A stretch of DNA of 39,857 nucleotides from positions 1-39,857 of the forward strand of contig JAFWDK010000013.1 of the NCBI GenBank assembly GCA_017513085.1, given 5' to 3'. This document shows, in pieces, positions 28,201 to 37,019 of this stretch. The notes below the pieces were generated by a model that was not told the DNA's origin, made no database searches, and worked only from the letters and a program-made list of their open reading frames with translations. Source of the stretch: Clostridiales bacterium (GTDB lineage: Bacteria > Bacillota > Clostridia > Saccharofermentanales > Saccharofermentanaceae). Within the stretch, counting starts at the first letter, position 1. Each line of letters starts with the position of its first letter. A program made the translations under genes and the position numbers.

Positions 28201-29158
28201 ACGTGCCAAGAAGATCCGCGGCCTGCAGAAAGAAATGTCCACGGATCCCATGACCGGTCTTTACAACAAGTCCGCATCCGAGCGTCTACTGACAAAGATG
28301 TGCAAGGATTCATCCGGTGTTCTGCTCATGATCGATCTTGACAGTTTCAAGCTGGTCAACGATATCTACGGTCACGATATGGGCGATAAGATCCTGATCC
28401 GCTTTGCCGAGCTGATCCGTCAGGCCGTCGGCGAAGGCAACATGGGCGGTCGTCTCGGTGGCGACGAATTCATCGGATTCATCAAAGATAAGTCGGACGA
28501 TGAGGAAGTTTCGCGAGTCACGACTTTCCTGAATAAAGAGATCGTCAGATCCGCCAAGATCTTCATGGGCGAAGACATGAACATTCCGCTCGGTGCTTCG
28601 GTCGGAGCGGTGCGTGTTCCGGAAGCCGGCACGGATTTCAGTGATCTTTTCCGTTATGCGGACAAAGCACTGTACATCGTTAAGCAGAATGGCAAGCATG
28701 GTTATTCTTTCTACACCAAGCGCCGTGACACAACCGGTCCTACCGACGAAAACAATTCGAAGAACAGCCTTTCCCATTACAAAAAGATCATCGGTGAACG
28801 AAACGAAGGGAAGGGCGCTTATCCTGTGAATTTCGAGAAATTCCAGACTATCTACCGTTTCATGAACCGGAACAACAAGATCAACGGCGTACATACTTCT
28901 CTTATCCGCATCACACTCGAAGGACAGGAAGGCAGTCCGGTCACTGACGAGGCAACGGATGCTTTTGAAGAAGTATTGCTCACCAACCTGAAGAAAAACG
29001 ATGTCGTGAGCCGTTACTCCGGTCAGTTCTTCGTGCTGTTCTCCGACGAGCAGGATAATGACGTAGAAAGCCGGATCAGTAAGATCGAATCCAAGTGGAA
29101 AGAATCGGAGGAACACAAGAACTATCTGATCCGAATGGAGAAGGATAGCATCGGCTAA
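25298..29158 (+). CDS. membrane sensor diguanylate cyclase: ECF S-component-like + beta-propeller (Reg_prop) + Y_Y_Y + GGDEF + degenerate GGDEF-like
   Basis: PIWLDTTGTIVVSIQFGPIAG (S-component-like); repeats QDGYLWIGT, DSKGRLWIGT, DASGNIYLGT, DSQGNLWIST; VQYYLEG...FTNLRNGNYTLHV; TM; DPMTGLYN, IDLDSFKLVNDIYGHDMGD, RLGGDEF, ADKALYIVKQNGK. Confidence 0.9.
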   Translation: MNSKKQYLKEIFLFKLNKCSIVTMLASILINIGGRVLASALHLPIWLDTTGTIVVSIQFGPIAGIITAILSQLLFGVSGNFILHYTIVGISTAFLVGLLFPRKHREDMLGIVSVGVIAAVGASLISLVLNKRFYSGYTGNIWGDSMYDMLSQTVRSKTINSFLSELFVTLPDRVLCMFIALKLVDLGEVQVFKNKQRSVTQTMTGLLAFLLLGNMLTFPARPVYAYDLESGYEIDSFDSADGLLSSEVNAVAQTQDGYLWIGTYAGLYRYNGVKFEAADVDDRIRDVLALFADSKGRLWIGTNDCGVICYEPETGETRTFSTGIGLDSNSVRVIHEDASGNIYLGTVRSITKISAEGNVRLYSDWDNIYYTRSLCTLDDGSMLGVSNSGILFRIKDDQLLFTDTYQEHAGIYFTAVSACGNEIMVSTTGNSIVRYTYTDDLLTRGDSITLPDHNYINNIRFSPTYNGYFYCAQNGFGFFSRSTQTVLNLTGSGLVNNYSDVCVDVQGNVWFGSSNHGLVKASHTSFGNVFKAADIPECQVNAVVEKDGLLYMGLDIGLKIVDLSSCQEVNMPWQSSFSKERIRHLMKDSQGNLWISTYGVSGLVRIDPQGNLFSFNEHNGTLGSRMRSSLELADGRILAASTMGLSFIDGDKVAATLGESDGLTNPYILSLYEKEDGSILAASDGDGIYIIRDGKVDGHIGAAEGLGSSVVLRIVKSSEGFFYVTSNALYHDDGKKIRELKSFPYSNNFDILRSSDGNCWITSSAGLFLVNEQSLIHDDDYKCVLLNRDWGLDTTFTANSWNLLSGNDMYLCCTDGVRDFSLDDYRRRDQSYQIHLEPIRAGEKQIYEENGTFVIPPYNGRISFTIAVTNYTLSNPVVQYYLEGTNDEGVTCYQNEILPLEFTNLRNGNYTLHVRILDESTGRITSEKTFKIKKQSMMYERFYFRLYMYFVGVLVMSYIAWLFYTIHRRAKKIRGLQKEMSTDPMTGLYNKSASERLLTKMCKDSSGVLLMIDLDSFKLVNDIYGHDMGDKILIRFAELIRQAVGEGNMGGRLGGDEFIGFIKDKSDDEEVSRVTTFLNKEIVRSAKIFMGEDMNIPLGASVGAVRVPEAGTDFSDLFRYADKALYIVKQNGKHGYSFYTKRRDTTGPTDENNSKNSLSHYKKIIGERNEGKGAYPVNFEKFQTIYRFMNRNNKINGVHTSLIRITLEGQEGSPVTDEATDAFEEVLLTNLKKNDVVSRYSGQFFVLFSDEQDNDVESRISKIESKWKESEEHKNYLIRMEKDSIG

Positions 29159-29189
29159 CCGAAAGAAGAAAAATTCACGGCATAATTAC

Positions 29190-29229
29190 AGCCGGGCAAA
29201 AGGTAGGAATCTCCTCCTCTTTCCCGGCT
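29190..29229. terminator. hairpin between convergent c-di-GMP genes
   Basis: AGCCGGG-caaaagg...cctcttt-CCCGGCT. Confidence 0.5.
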
Positions 29230-29238
29230 CTTGTTTCA

Positions 29239-31362
29239 TTATTCACGAATGATCCGGATGTTCGTCAGTGCGCAAAGATCACCGGTCAGTGCCACATAAA
29301 TATCCGTGTTATGATCCTGAATGATCGTGCTGTTGATAATGCTGATGCCAAGATTATTGGTAGTCATGACGATCTCATTATCTCTTCGGCTGAATGAGAC
29401 GGAAACTTCGTAACCGTCCTTATTCGTTTTCTTCCAGATATCCCAATCCGAAAAAGCATGTGTCCTTCTCACGGTAAGATCGTTCTCGGCTTTTCCTTCA
29501 CCGTGCCAGTTCTCACCATCGAGGCGGATCAACGCATATTCACAATACCCGTCGCCATTCACCTTTCCGTCTTTGGAATGGAAAATACTGATATACGGGC
29601 AATGCCAGATCAATCGGGCCGTAGGCAGGCTCCGGGTATGGAACTTGAGCGTGAGCCCATCCGTGATCGGGATACCATCCGTCGACTGAAGGCGGAAACC
29701 ATCGATCTGCACATTCGGAATATCACCTTGCGGCGCATCGATATAACTGACTTCTTCCGCGATCCTGGGGATCGTCTGTTCGTCAATCATTTCTTCAGAC
29801 TTATCGATCTTCACGTTAAAGATCTGACAGTTCTCCCCGGTCAATGCAAGGTAGGAATAGCGTGTCGCGTCAGGAAGCGCAATCGTGGTTTCATACTCTT
29901 TGATGCCATCGTCAATGCGCACAAGTACGTGATCCTTATACCGGACACCGTACACGACGAAATGCTTGGCGGAACTGTTCGGTTTTGATCGTCGGGATTC
30001 TTTCGATTTCGTCAAAGTCCTGGTCACCATTTTTCTGGCTCCGCGGCACTCTGTCTTTCCGTTACAACGGATCTCTCCGAACTCGAAATAATTCAATTCA
30101 CGGATCGTGAGATCTTCCTGATGGACGCGTCCGTCAAGAGAGTCAAACAATATGAATGTTGGTCCGCTGTCACCCCATGATTCGCTTGAATCCGAAGTAT
30201 AGTCCAGCTCGATCGTTGTCGGATACGGCATCAGGATAATGCCTTCCGAAACTTCGGAACGATAAGTGCCACAACTCAGCTCGCTTTTTCCGGCCAGTTC
30301 CTGGATCGTAGTCCGCTCCTTCATCTGGTATTCCGTATCCAGATCGATAATGTGCTACATGATCTTGGCGATCTTCGGATCGAACTGCGTGCCGGAATTC
30401 TTGACGATCTCTTCTCTTACCAGCTCCTGCGAGATCGCGTCACGGTAACTTCTTGTCGAAGTCATGGCGTCATAAGCATCGGCAACGGCAATGATCCTGG
30501 CGATCTCCGGGATATCTTCCCCTTTCAGTTTATCCGGATATCCTTTTCCATCGTAACGCTCGTGATGGTAATGCGCTCCGATGCTTAAATACGGATATTC
30601 ACTGATACCGGAAAGGATCTGATTACCCAAAACAGGATGTGATTTTATCGTCTCGTATTCTTCTTCGGTGAGCTTGCCCTTTTTATTTATGATCGCGTCA
30701 GAAATACCGATCTTTCCTACATCGTGCAGAAGCGCCGTGTAGTAGATCTTATAGCACTCATCTTCGCTCTTGCCCATCATCTCGGCAATCTTTCGGGAAT
30801 ACTCCGCCACACGCACGGAATGACCGCGTGAGTATGTATCTTTAGCATCGATCGAGTTTACCAGAGCTATCGCCGTCTGTTCAAACAAACGCTGGGAATA
30901 TTTTTGCTGATCCTTCAGATAAGATACTTCGAAGGATTGGAAGCCGGCGATCTTCTTATTTCTCCGATATATAAGTGTAACGGCAAGGATCGTAAAAACG
31001 TTACCGAAAATACCCGGAAGGCTTGTCATAATATGACGTGCCAACGTGTTAAAGATCAGAAGCGGGAACTGCGCCCCAAGAAGGATCAAGGATGTGATAT
31101 AGCCTTGCTTTCCATAAAGAATAACAATAAAAATGATACAGATATTCCCCAGGGTAGAAAGAATGCCGGCAAAAGCAGGCAACGGCAACCGGCTACCGCC
31201 CAGCGTGATCACTATGCCGGACTTAGATGCCATCGCTGTAAAAGTACTGGCCATGCCGTAGATAAACAACAGCAACAAGAACAGCACGATCGATTTCGCG
31301 CTTTTTCTTTCTAGCCGCAAATTGTCACGCTCTAAATTTGTGCGCGTCTCCTCTTCCTTCAC
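29239..31362 (-). pseudogene. membrane HD-GYP c-di-GMP phosphodiesterase interrupted by one in-frame TAG (30355-30357)
   Basis: RBS GGGGAG + GTG 31362; TM region; GHSVRVA, LHDVGKIGI, HHERYDGKGYP, ADAYDAM; frame reads FDPKIAKIM-TAG-HIIDLDTEYQMKER and continues into ORF 29239-30324. Confidence 0.8.
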
Positions 31363-31498
31363 AGATCCACTCCCCAATAACAATACTGATTACAGTATTC
31401 TCCGTCATATTGAAATCATTATAAGGAAAGTAAAAGAATACATTATAAAAGATTTGTGAACAAATTAAACTGTTTCTGTTAGCGAATGCCTTTTTCGC

Positions 31499-31583
31499 AA
31501 AAAACCGGCAGAATCAAGATCAACGGATCGCTCCGCCAGTGCTTTTTCTTCGGAAAAAGCACTCATGATCTTCTTCTGCCGGT
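31499..31583 (-). terminator. multi-branched terminator-like structure downstream of GH16 gene
   Basis: ACCGGCAGAA/TTCTGCCGGT outer stem; AAGATCA/TGATCTT; inner CGGA-TCGC-TCCG and AGTGCTTTTTC-TTCG-GAAAAAGCACT; U-tract on minus strand. Confidence 0.65.
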
Positions 31584-31605
31584 CCTGCTTTGGCAAGCAT
31601 CGGGG

Positions 31606-33033
31606 TTATGCTGTGATATCTTCTACTCTGACTTTGGTAATATAGATCGTAGCCGTATGACCACGCTTACCCATGTTATATTCGAGACGGCCGTTGTTGT
31701 CGTCCTTTTCGGTCATATCAAATTCAAACTCGAAAGTCTTCCACTCCGGTCCTATATCGATCACCGTATCCGGGAAATAGCGGATCCAGCCTGCGTTCGG
31801 TGCCGAGACGCAAACGATACAGTCGCGAGCCTCGTCTGCCTTGATATCGAATGTGAGCTTATATTTATGTCCTTTTCTCATGGCCAGATCCGGCTGCACA
31901 AGCTGAACAGAGTATTCTTCCGTACCGCAGTTCGTCGAGGTGATCACGATCGCGCCGTCCTTTATCTCCGCAGCGCCTTCGCCGCCGTTAAAGAGCAGGA
32001 ACTTCCAGTCCTGTTCGTCTTCCAGGTTTTCCGAAACCGCAAAGTCTCCGTTATAGATCATGTTGCCATCGGCCTGCGCTTCGCGGAAAGGTTTTTCCGG
32101 CTTCTTCACGTTGGTATCGTAGGAAGGTTTCTGGTACACACGTACATAGTCGATCAGGAATTCCGCTTTGGAAAAATCCGTGGACGCATCCGGGTTTCCC
32201 GGCCAGTTTCCGCCTACGGCCAGATTCAGCTGGACAAAGAAAGGCTGGTCAAAAGGTGCAGGATACGGTAATTCATCCTGACCCGAGATCGCCGTGAACC
32301 AGTCATTGACAGTCAGTACCAGTTCGTCATCGGTATAAAAACGCATCTCACCCGGTTCCCATTCCACCGAGTATTCATGGAACTTCGCAGAGAAGCTCTC
32401 CGCGCCGGTCTTCGTGATCGTGCCCTGCTGCTCCGCATGCGGTTCGCCATAGTGGATCGTCGAATAGGAGATCGACGTATCGTTGCCGAGAGATTCCATA
32501 ATGTCGATCTCGCCGCATTTCGGCCACTGACCATACACATTCTCATTCTTCGGCATCATCCAGATCGCCGGCCAGAGTCCTTTTCCCTCAGGAACTTTTG
32601 CCGAGACGACAACCTTGCCATACAGAAAATCCGTCTTATTCTGACCCGTGACCTTACCGGACGTGTAGTACGCCTTACCATCCTTCTCGGTCTTGATCGC
32701 CTTCAGCACCAGATTCCCGTCGCGCACAAAAACATTATCTGTGGATGTGGTGTACTCCTGAAGCTCATTGTTGGTCCAGCCCGGCTGATGCGGCTCGTAA
32801 TTCCACTTGGTCTCGTCCATCGTCTCACCGTCGAACTCATCGTTCCACAGAAGCGAATAGCCGTCGAGCTCCGGCACAGCCGCCGAAGTTTCCTCACTCG
32901 TTGTTTCCTGCGCCGTCGTGGTTTCCACCGATGTCGTCTCCACCTTCTGTGTCTCGTCCTCTTTTTTACAGGACGAAAGCGCCAGCATCATCGATACAGC
33001 CATTAAAGCGCTGCAGATTCTTCTTTTCTTCAT
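31606..33033 (-). CDS. GH16 beta-1,3(4)-glucanase (laminarinase-like) lipoprotein with C-terminal CBM4/9
   Basis: Lipobox LALSS-C; WNDEFDG, NNELQEY, YTSG, GLWPAIWM, catalytic EIDIME, LNLAVGGNWPG, IDYVRVYQ; C-terminal NMIYNGDF...VQLVQ...YKLTFDIKA. Confidence 0.93.
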   Translation of the reverse strand: MKKRRICSALMAVSMMLALSSCKKEDETQKVETTSVETTTAQETTSEETSAAVPELDGYSLLWNDEFDGETMDETKWNYEPHQPGWTNNELQEYTTSTDNVFVRDGNLVLKAIKTEKDGKAYYTSGKVTGQNKTDFLYGKVVVSAKVPEGKGLWPAIWMMPKNENVYGQWPKCGEIDIMESLGNDTSISYSTIHYGEPHAEQQGTITKTGAESFSAKFHEYSVEWEPGEMRFYTDDELVLTVNDWFTAISGQDELPYPAPFDQPFFVQLNLAVGGNWPGNPDASTDFSKAEFLIDYVRVYQKPSYDTNVKKPEKPFREAQADGNMIYNGDFAVSENLEDEQDWKFLLFNGGEGAAEIKDGAIVITSTNCGTEEYSVQLVQPDLAMRKGHKYKLTFDIKADEARDCIVCVSAPNAGWIRYFPDTVIDIGPEWKTFEFEFDMTEKDDNNGRLEYNMGKRGHTATIYITKVRVEDITA

Positions 33034-33274
33034 GATTGCCTCCCCATGATCGGCGTGAAAAGCTCCCCCTCCTCGTCACGCCTTATTTTTCTCTATCACC
33101 AACATAACAAGAATCTCCGTTTCATTATTGCTTTTTCATATCTTTTTTTGCGTTTTCTTGCTATAATTATTCTGCAAAAGCACTTATTTCTCGGGTTTTA
33201 TTGATACCTTGAGTTTGGGTGTGGTTTTTACGGCCCGTCCTTTGTGGATGAATCGAAAGAGTGGTGGCGAATAT

Positions 33275-34027
33275 ATGGCAATCCGATCCCCGAAGAAGAT
33301 TTCTTATCAGGAGTTTTTGCATCGTGAATACGAAAACTTTCACGCTCCGTATCAGGAAGAGACGGAATTCTTCGAAACGATCAAGAACGGAAATCTGAAG
33401 AAACTGGAAGCGCTGCTGGTGCAGCCTTTTCATAAGAAAGAGGGATTCGGGATCCTCTCTCGGAACAGTCTTCAAAACCTGAAATATCACTTCACCATTA
33501 CGACGGCCATGGTGGCCAGATACTGTATTTCGGGAGGTATGAGCCAGGCCGAGTCGTTCAGCCTCAGCGATTATTTCATCCGCCTGGCGGACGAAGCCGA
33601 TTCGCTTTCCGAAGTATCCGGCATCCATAACGAAATGTGTCGGAATTATGCTCTTCGCATGAAGGAGAATCAGCGGAGCCGCATCTCCTCCCCGGCCGTC
33701 CGGACCTGCATCAACTACATCTATGAACACCTGCACACGCGGATCACCCTCCCGGTCCTATGCTCGCAGACAAACCTGTCCGGACCATATCTGTCCCGCC
33801 TATTCAAGAAAGAAACCGGCTATTCGATCAGCGCCTACATTCAGGCAAAAAAGCTCGAGACCGCGAAATCCATGCTGGCCAATTCCGCCTATTCCATCGC
33901 AGAGATCTCGGCCTCGATGTCATTCCCAAGCCAGAGTTATTTTTCCAATCTTTTGAAAAAGAACTGCGGCATGACGCCCAAGCAGTTCCGAAGTCATAGT
34001 ATCGGGCAGATGTCCTTAGACACCTGA
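33275..34027 (+). CDS. AraC-family transcriptional regulator
   Basis: C-terminal double HTH: INYIYEHL...LSGPYLSRLFKKETG...SIAEIS...FPSQSYFS...GMTPKQFR; divergent from the GH16 gene. Confidence 0.93.
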   Translation: MAIRSPKKISYQEFLHREYENFHAPYQEETEFFETIKNGNLKKLEALLVQPFHKKEGFGILSRNSLQNLKYHFTITTAMVARYCISGGMSQAESFSLSDYFIRLADEADSLSEVSGIHNEMCRNYALRMKENQRSRISSPAVRTCINYIYEHLHTRITLPVLCSQTNLSGPYLSRLFKKETGYSISAYIQAKKLETAKSMLANSAYSIAEISASMSFPSQSYFSNLLKKNCGMTPKQFRSHSIGQMSLDT

Positions 34028-34444
34028 TCCCTCCATCTGTTCAACAAGTGCGGCGTAAAAATCCGGCTGTGTTTTTTCCAGGCGGATCGGTCTTCCCTCC
34101 GTGTTGATGAAGCAGTGCTCGGAAGTTGCTTCACATACCGTCTTGCCCGCTTCATTTTTCATCTCATAGGAAAGCTTGAGACGGACACCCTTGCACTCCA
34201 GGATCTTCACAACGATCGTAACCGCATCGGAGAAAGCGGTGCTTCCTTTATACCGGACATCGACCCCGACCACAGGTGAGATCACTCCGACTTCTTCCAG
34301 CCGTGCATAGTCCCATCCGATCTGAGAGAGATAATCGACTCGTGCTTCTTCCATCCAGCGGACATAGTTCGAGTGATGGGTGATCCCCATCTTATCGGTC
34401 TCATAATACTGTACCTTGTGAATGTATGGCTGAACTTCCTGCAT
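34016..34444 (-). CDS. acyl-CoA thioesterase (YbgC/FadM hot-dog family)
   Basis: VQYYETDKMGITHHSNYVRWMEEAR motif. Confidence 0.9.
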   Translation of the reverse strand: MQEVQPYIHKVQYYETDKMGITHHSNYVRWMEEARVDYLSQIGWDYARLEEVGVISPVVGVDVRYKGSTAFSDAVTIVVKILECKGVRLKLSYEMKNEAGKTVCEATSEHCFINTEGRPIRLEKTQPDFYAALVEQMEGSGV

Positions 34445-34522
34445 AGTTTTCTCTACCTTTCCGGAACGGGTGCTCCTCCGTCTTCCCGGAAAGATTATAT
34501 CACACTTGAAACTCCCTCCCGC

Positions 34523-34556
34523 AAAAAAGAGGACTGTCTCTTCCGAAACAGTCCTC
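34523..34556 (-). terminator. intrinsic terminator
   Basis: AAAAAA-GAGGACTGT-loop-ACAGTCCTC downstream of gene 34591-36690. Confidence 0.75.
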
Positions 34557-34590
34557 GTAATTCATTCACGCAATATGAATCAAATGGTTA

Positions 34591-36690
34591 TCAGATAGTA
34601 CCTCTCTCGATGCCATAAGCCTGGCAAAGTGCGGAGTACTCAGGAGACATTGCGAAACCGCGGAGAACTTCGAAGCGGGATACGCCCTTGTTGAGCTGAC
34701 CAACCCAGTAGTTGAAACCATCTGTCTCAGCTTCTCTTCCGAGGAAGGTCTCGTACAGAGCGGATACATAAGCCTCATTAGTAGTCTTCTTCTGGAGATA
34801 CTCAGTGGACTCGAAGAAGAATCTTCCGAGTGCAGCACCTGTTGTCTCACGGTTTGTAATCTTCAAAGACCAGAACAATAATCCGCCTTCTTCCGGATCA
34901 CGGCCGAGGCACTTCGTGTAAAGTCTTGTTACGAAATCCTGTGCAGCCTTGGACGGAATTGTTGCCTTCGCTGTCGGAGCACCCGGATTGACACCATATC
35001 TGGCGCAGAGGTTACACCACTCTGTGGAGTCAACGAATCTCTCAATAACAGCCTGACGGGAGTTACCCTTCTTCAGGAAGTCTTTCCAGAAATCCATACC
35101 GCCCTGTTCCGGATCACGATCAAAGAATGTCTTGTAAAGAGTTGTCAGGAACTCTTCATCAGATGTGTTCTTCGAGAGGAACTCAGGTCCTGTAAGGAAG
35201 AACAATGCGCAGTAACCACCGGTGAACTCACCGCTTGTAACCTTCTGTACCCAGAAATCCTTACCGGCTTTCTCGGAAGGTCTGCCGAGAGCTACATTGT
35301 AAAGACGCTCTACGAAATCAGCAAATGTCAACTGATGAGAAGCAACTTCTTCCCACTTCGCGTTAAGAACGATATCCGCCTTAACCGGTGTATTGAAGTC
35401 ATAAGCTTCACCATTCAGGTACCATCCTTTAAAGATGTAACCCATTCTTGTCGGGTTCGCCGGCTTCACGGCAGGCTTACCATAAACGACCTGCTGAGCG
35501 GGAACACCGGTAACATCAAATGTAACCGTATAAAGATTGCTTACGCCAAACGTGCCGTCTGCATTCTTGATCGGACGATAACCTTCCGCGCAGTTAGCCT
35601 GAAGTACAGGACTGGAATAAACGCCACCTGAGATGAACTCAGTAACCTTCGCATTACCGGAACCATAAGCATATGTAGCCACCGCATCCGCGTTCTGGCT
35701 CTTGAATGTACCGCCGGAGATAAATACGTTCGGCTTACCGTTCGGATAGCCGCAGTTATCTACTACAAGAGCATCACCGGTTGCATCCGCGCCGTTACCG
35801 TTATACTTATACGAAGTCTTCGGACCATTGGCTTCCAGCGTACCGCCGGTGATCTTAAGGTTACCGGACTTCATGTAAACCGCTGTCTTACCGCTGATCG
35901 TACCACCGGAGATCGACAGGTCGCCGGAAGGCTCATAAACTGCGATGGTCTCACTCTTCAGCGTACCACCGGAAATTCTCATGGTACCCTTCTTCGAGCT
36001 ACTGCCGTTTGTTGTCAAAGCAAACAACTTGGAATTGATCGTACCATTTGTCATAGCGAATGTTGCCGAGCAGTCTGCCAGCGCAACGCCGTAACCCTTG
36101 GAATTGATCTCGCCGCCCTCAACAGAGATGATCGGCTGATTCTTATTGTATGCATAAAGTGCGTAACCATCTGCGCTGTTCGCATTGATCTTACCACCCT
36201 TTACCGTAATGCTACCAACATTTACGGAAACGGCATAGTGAGCAGATGTCTCGATCGTACCACCCTCCAGTACGAACTTACCGGCAGAAGTATAAATACC
36301 GGACTCACCACTATGTACGAACTTACCTGCGCCGTTTGCGGAACTATCCTTGATCGTAACCGTTGCATTGGTCGTGATCGCAAAAGGATACATCTGCTTG
36401 CTCGTGTTCGTGTAAGTAAAGCCATTCAGATCCAGTGTAAGATTTTTCCCGACGTTCGGAAGATCAGCGGAACTGCTGTTTGCTACCAGCGCAACCGTAT
36501 CGCCTGCTTTCGCGGCTTTAAAAGCCTCGCTCAGTGAAGCGTAACCGGTGTCACCGATCTTTGCTACAGAACCACTTGCACGTACAAGAGATCCCGCTCC
36601 TGCGTAAACGCTCAGGACCAAGGCCATCGAAACGATTCCGGAAGCAATCGACAGGCGACGATGACCTTTCTTTGATTTTTGAAAAATCAT
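34591..36690 (-). CDS. secreted surface protein: beta-helix-like Gly-rich repeats + InlB B-repeat (Flg_new) + DUF4214-type tail
   Basis: RBS AAGGAGG; signal peptide; LTLDLNG and recurring I.GG.I/F motifs; KPANPTRMGYIFKGWY...YDFNTPVKADIVLNAKW; FVERLYNVALGR...YGIERGTI. Confidence 0.88.
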   Translation of the reverse strand: MIFQKSKKGHRRLSIASGIVSMALVLSVYAGAGSLVRASGSVAKIGDTGYASLSEAFKAAKAGDTVALVANSSSADLPNVGKNLTLDLNGFTYTNTSKQMYPFAITTNATVTIKDSSANGAGKFVHSGESGIYTSAGKFVLEGGTIETSAHYAVSVNVGSITVKGGKINANSADGYALYAYNKNQPIISVEGGEINSKGYGVALADCSATFAMTNGTINSKLFALTTNGSSSKKGTMRISGGTLKSETIAVYEPSGDLSISGGTISGKTAVYMKSGNLKITGGTLEANGPKTSYKYNGNGADATGDALVVDNCGYPNGKPNVFISGGTFKSQNADAVATYAYGSGNAKVTEFISGGVYSSPVLQANCAEGYRPIKNADGTFGVSNLYTVTFDVTGVPAQQVVYGKPAVKPANPTRMGYIFKGWYLNGEAYDFNTPVKADIVLNAKWEEVASHQLTFADFVERLYNVALGRPSEKAGKDFWVQKVTSGEFTGGYCALFFLTGPEFLSKNTSDEEFLTTLYKTFFDRDPEQGGMDFWKDFLKKGNSRQAVIERFVDSTEWCNLCARYGVNPGAPTAKATIPSKAAQDFVTRLYTKCLGRDPEEGGLLFWSLKITNRETTGAALGRFFFESTEYLQKKTTNEAYVSALYETFLGREAETDGFNYWVGQLNKGVSRFEVLRGFAMSPEYSALCQAYGIERGTI

Positions 36691-36891
36691 GATGGTTCCC
36701 TCCTTTAACCATTTTGTTTATCAAATCAGTTGCCAGGTAAGATATCTCCTGCCCTGACACGTGCAGCCACCTGAAAACAGCCGCACATATAAATACATAC
36801 AATCATTTTACACTCACCTATTTCTTATTACAATAAGTTCGAGGTGTTTTATTAAATTAAATTGTGATTTTACTTGTAACCTTTTTGCAAT

Positions 36892-36970
36892 AAAAACGAG
36901 GCTGTTGGATGAAGCGAACCCCAGAAGTTGGACAAAAACTTCTGGGGTTCACTTCAGGAAACAGCCCCGC
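36892..36970 (-). terminator. intrinsic terminator of gene 37020-39083, interrupted by the 47-bp element
   Basis: Removing the element and one GGA restores AAAAACGAGGCTGTT-GGA-AACAGCCCCG. Confidence 0.65.
36910..36956. mobile_element. 47-bp IS3/IS150-end-like miniature inverted-repeat element with GGA target duplication
   Basis: TGAAGCGAACCCCAGAAGTT-GGACAAA-AACTTCTGGGGTTCACTTCA; TG...CA ends; GGA on both flanks (36907-36909, 36957-36959). Confidence 0.75.
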
Positions 36971-37019
36971 TCATATTTTCAGCCCGGTTCTCCCGGATCT
37001 GAAATCATGTTACCGGTTA

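Noticed and set aside
31486-32271. 261-aa plus-strand ORF
   Set aside because: It is antisense to the GH16-CBM4 gene, runs through its terminator, and shows no protein-like motifs.
36700-36790. c-di-GMP riboswitch upstream of the surface-protein gene
   Set aside because: Two hairpins are possible on the minus strand, but the GEMM-I features (GGCAAA...GNRA tetraloop/receptor) and class II features are not recognisable.
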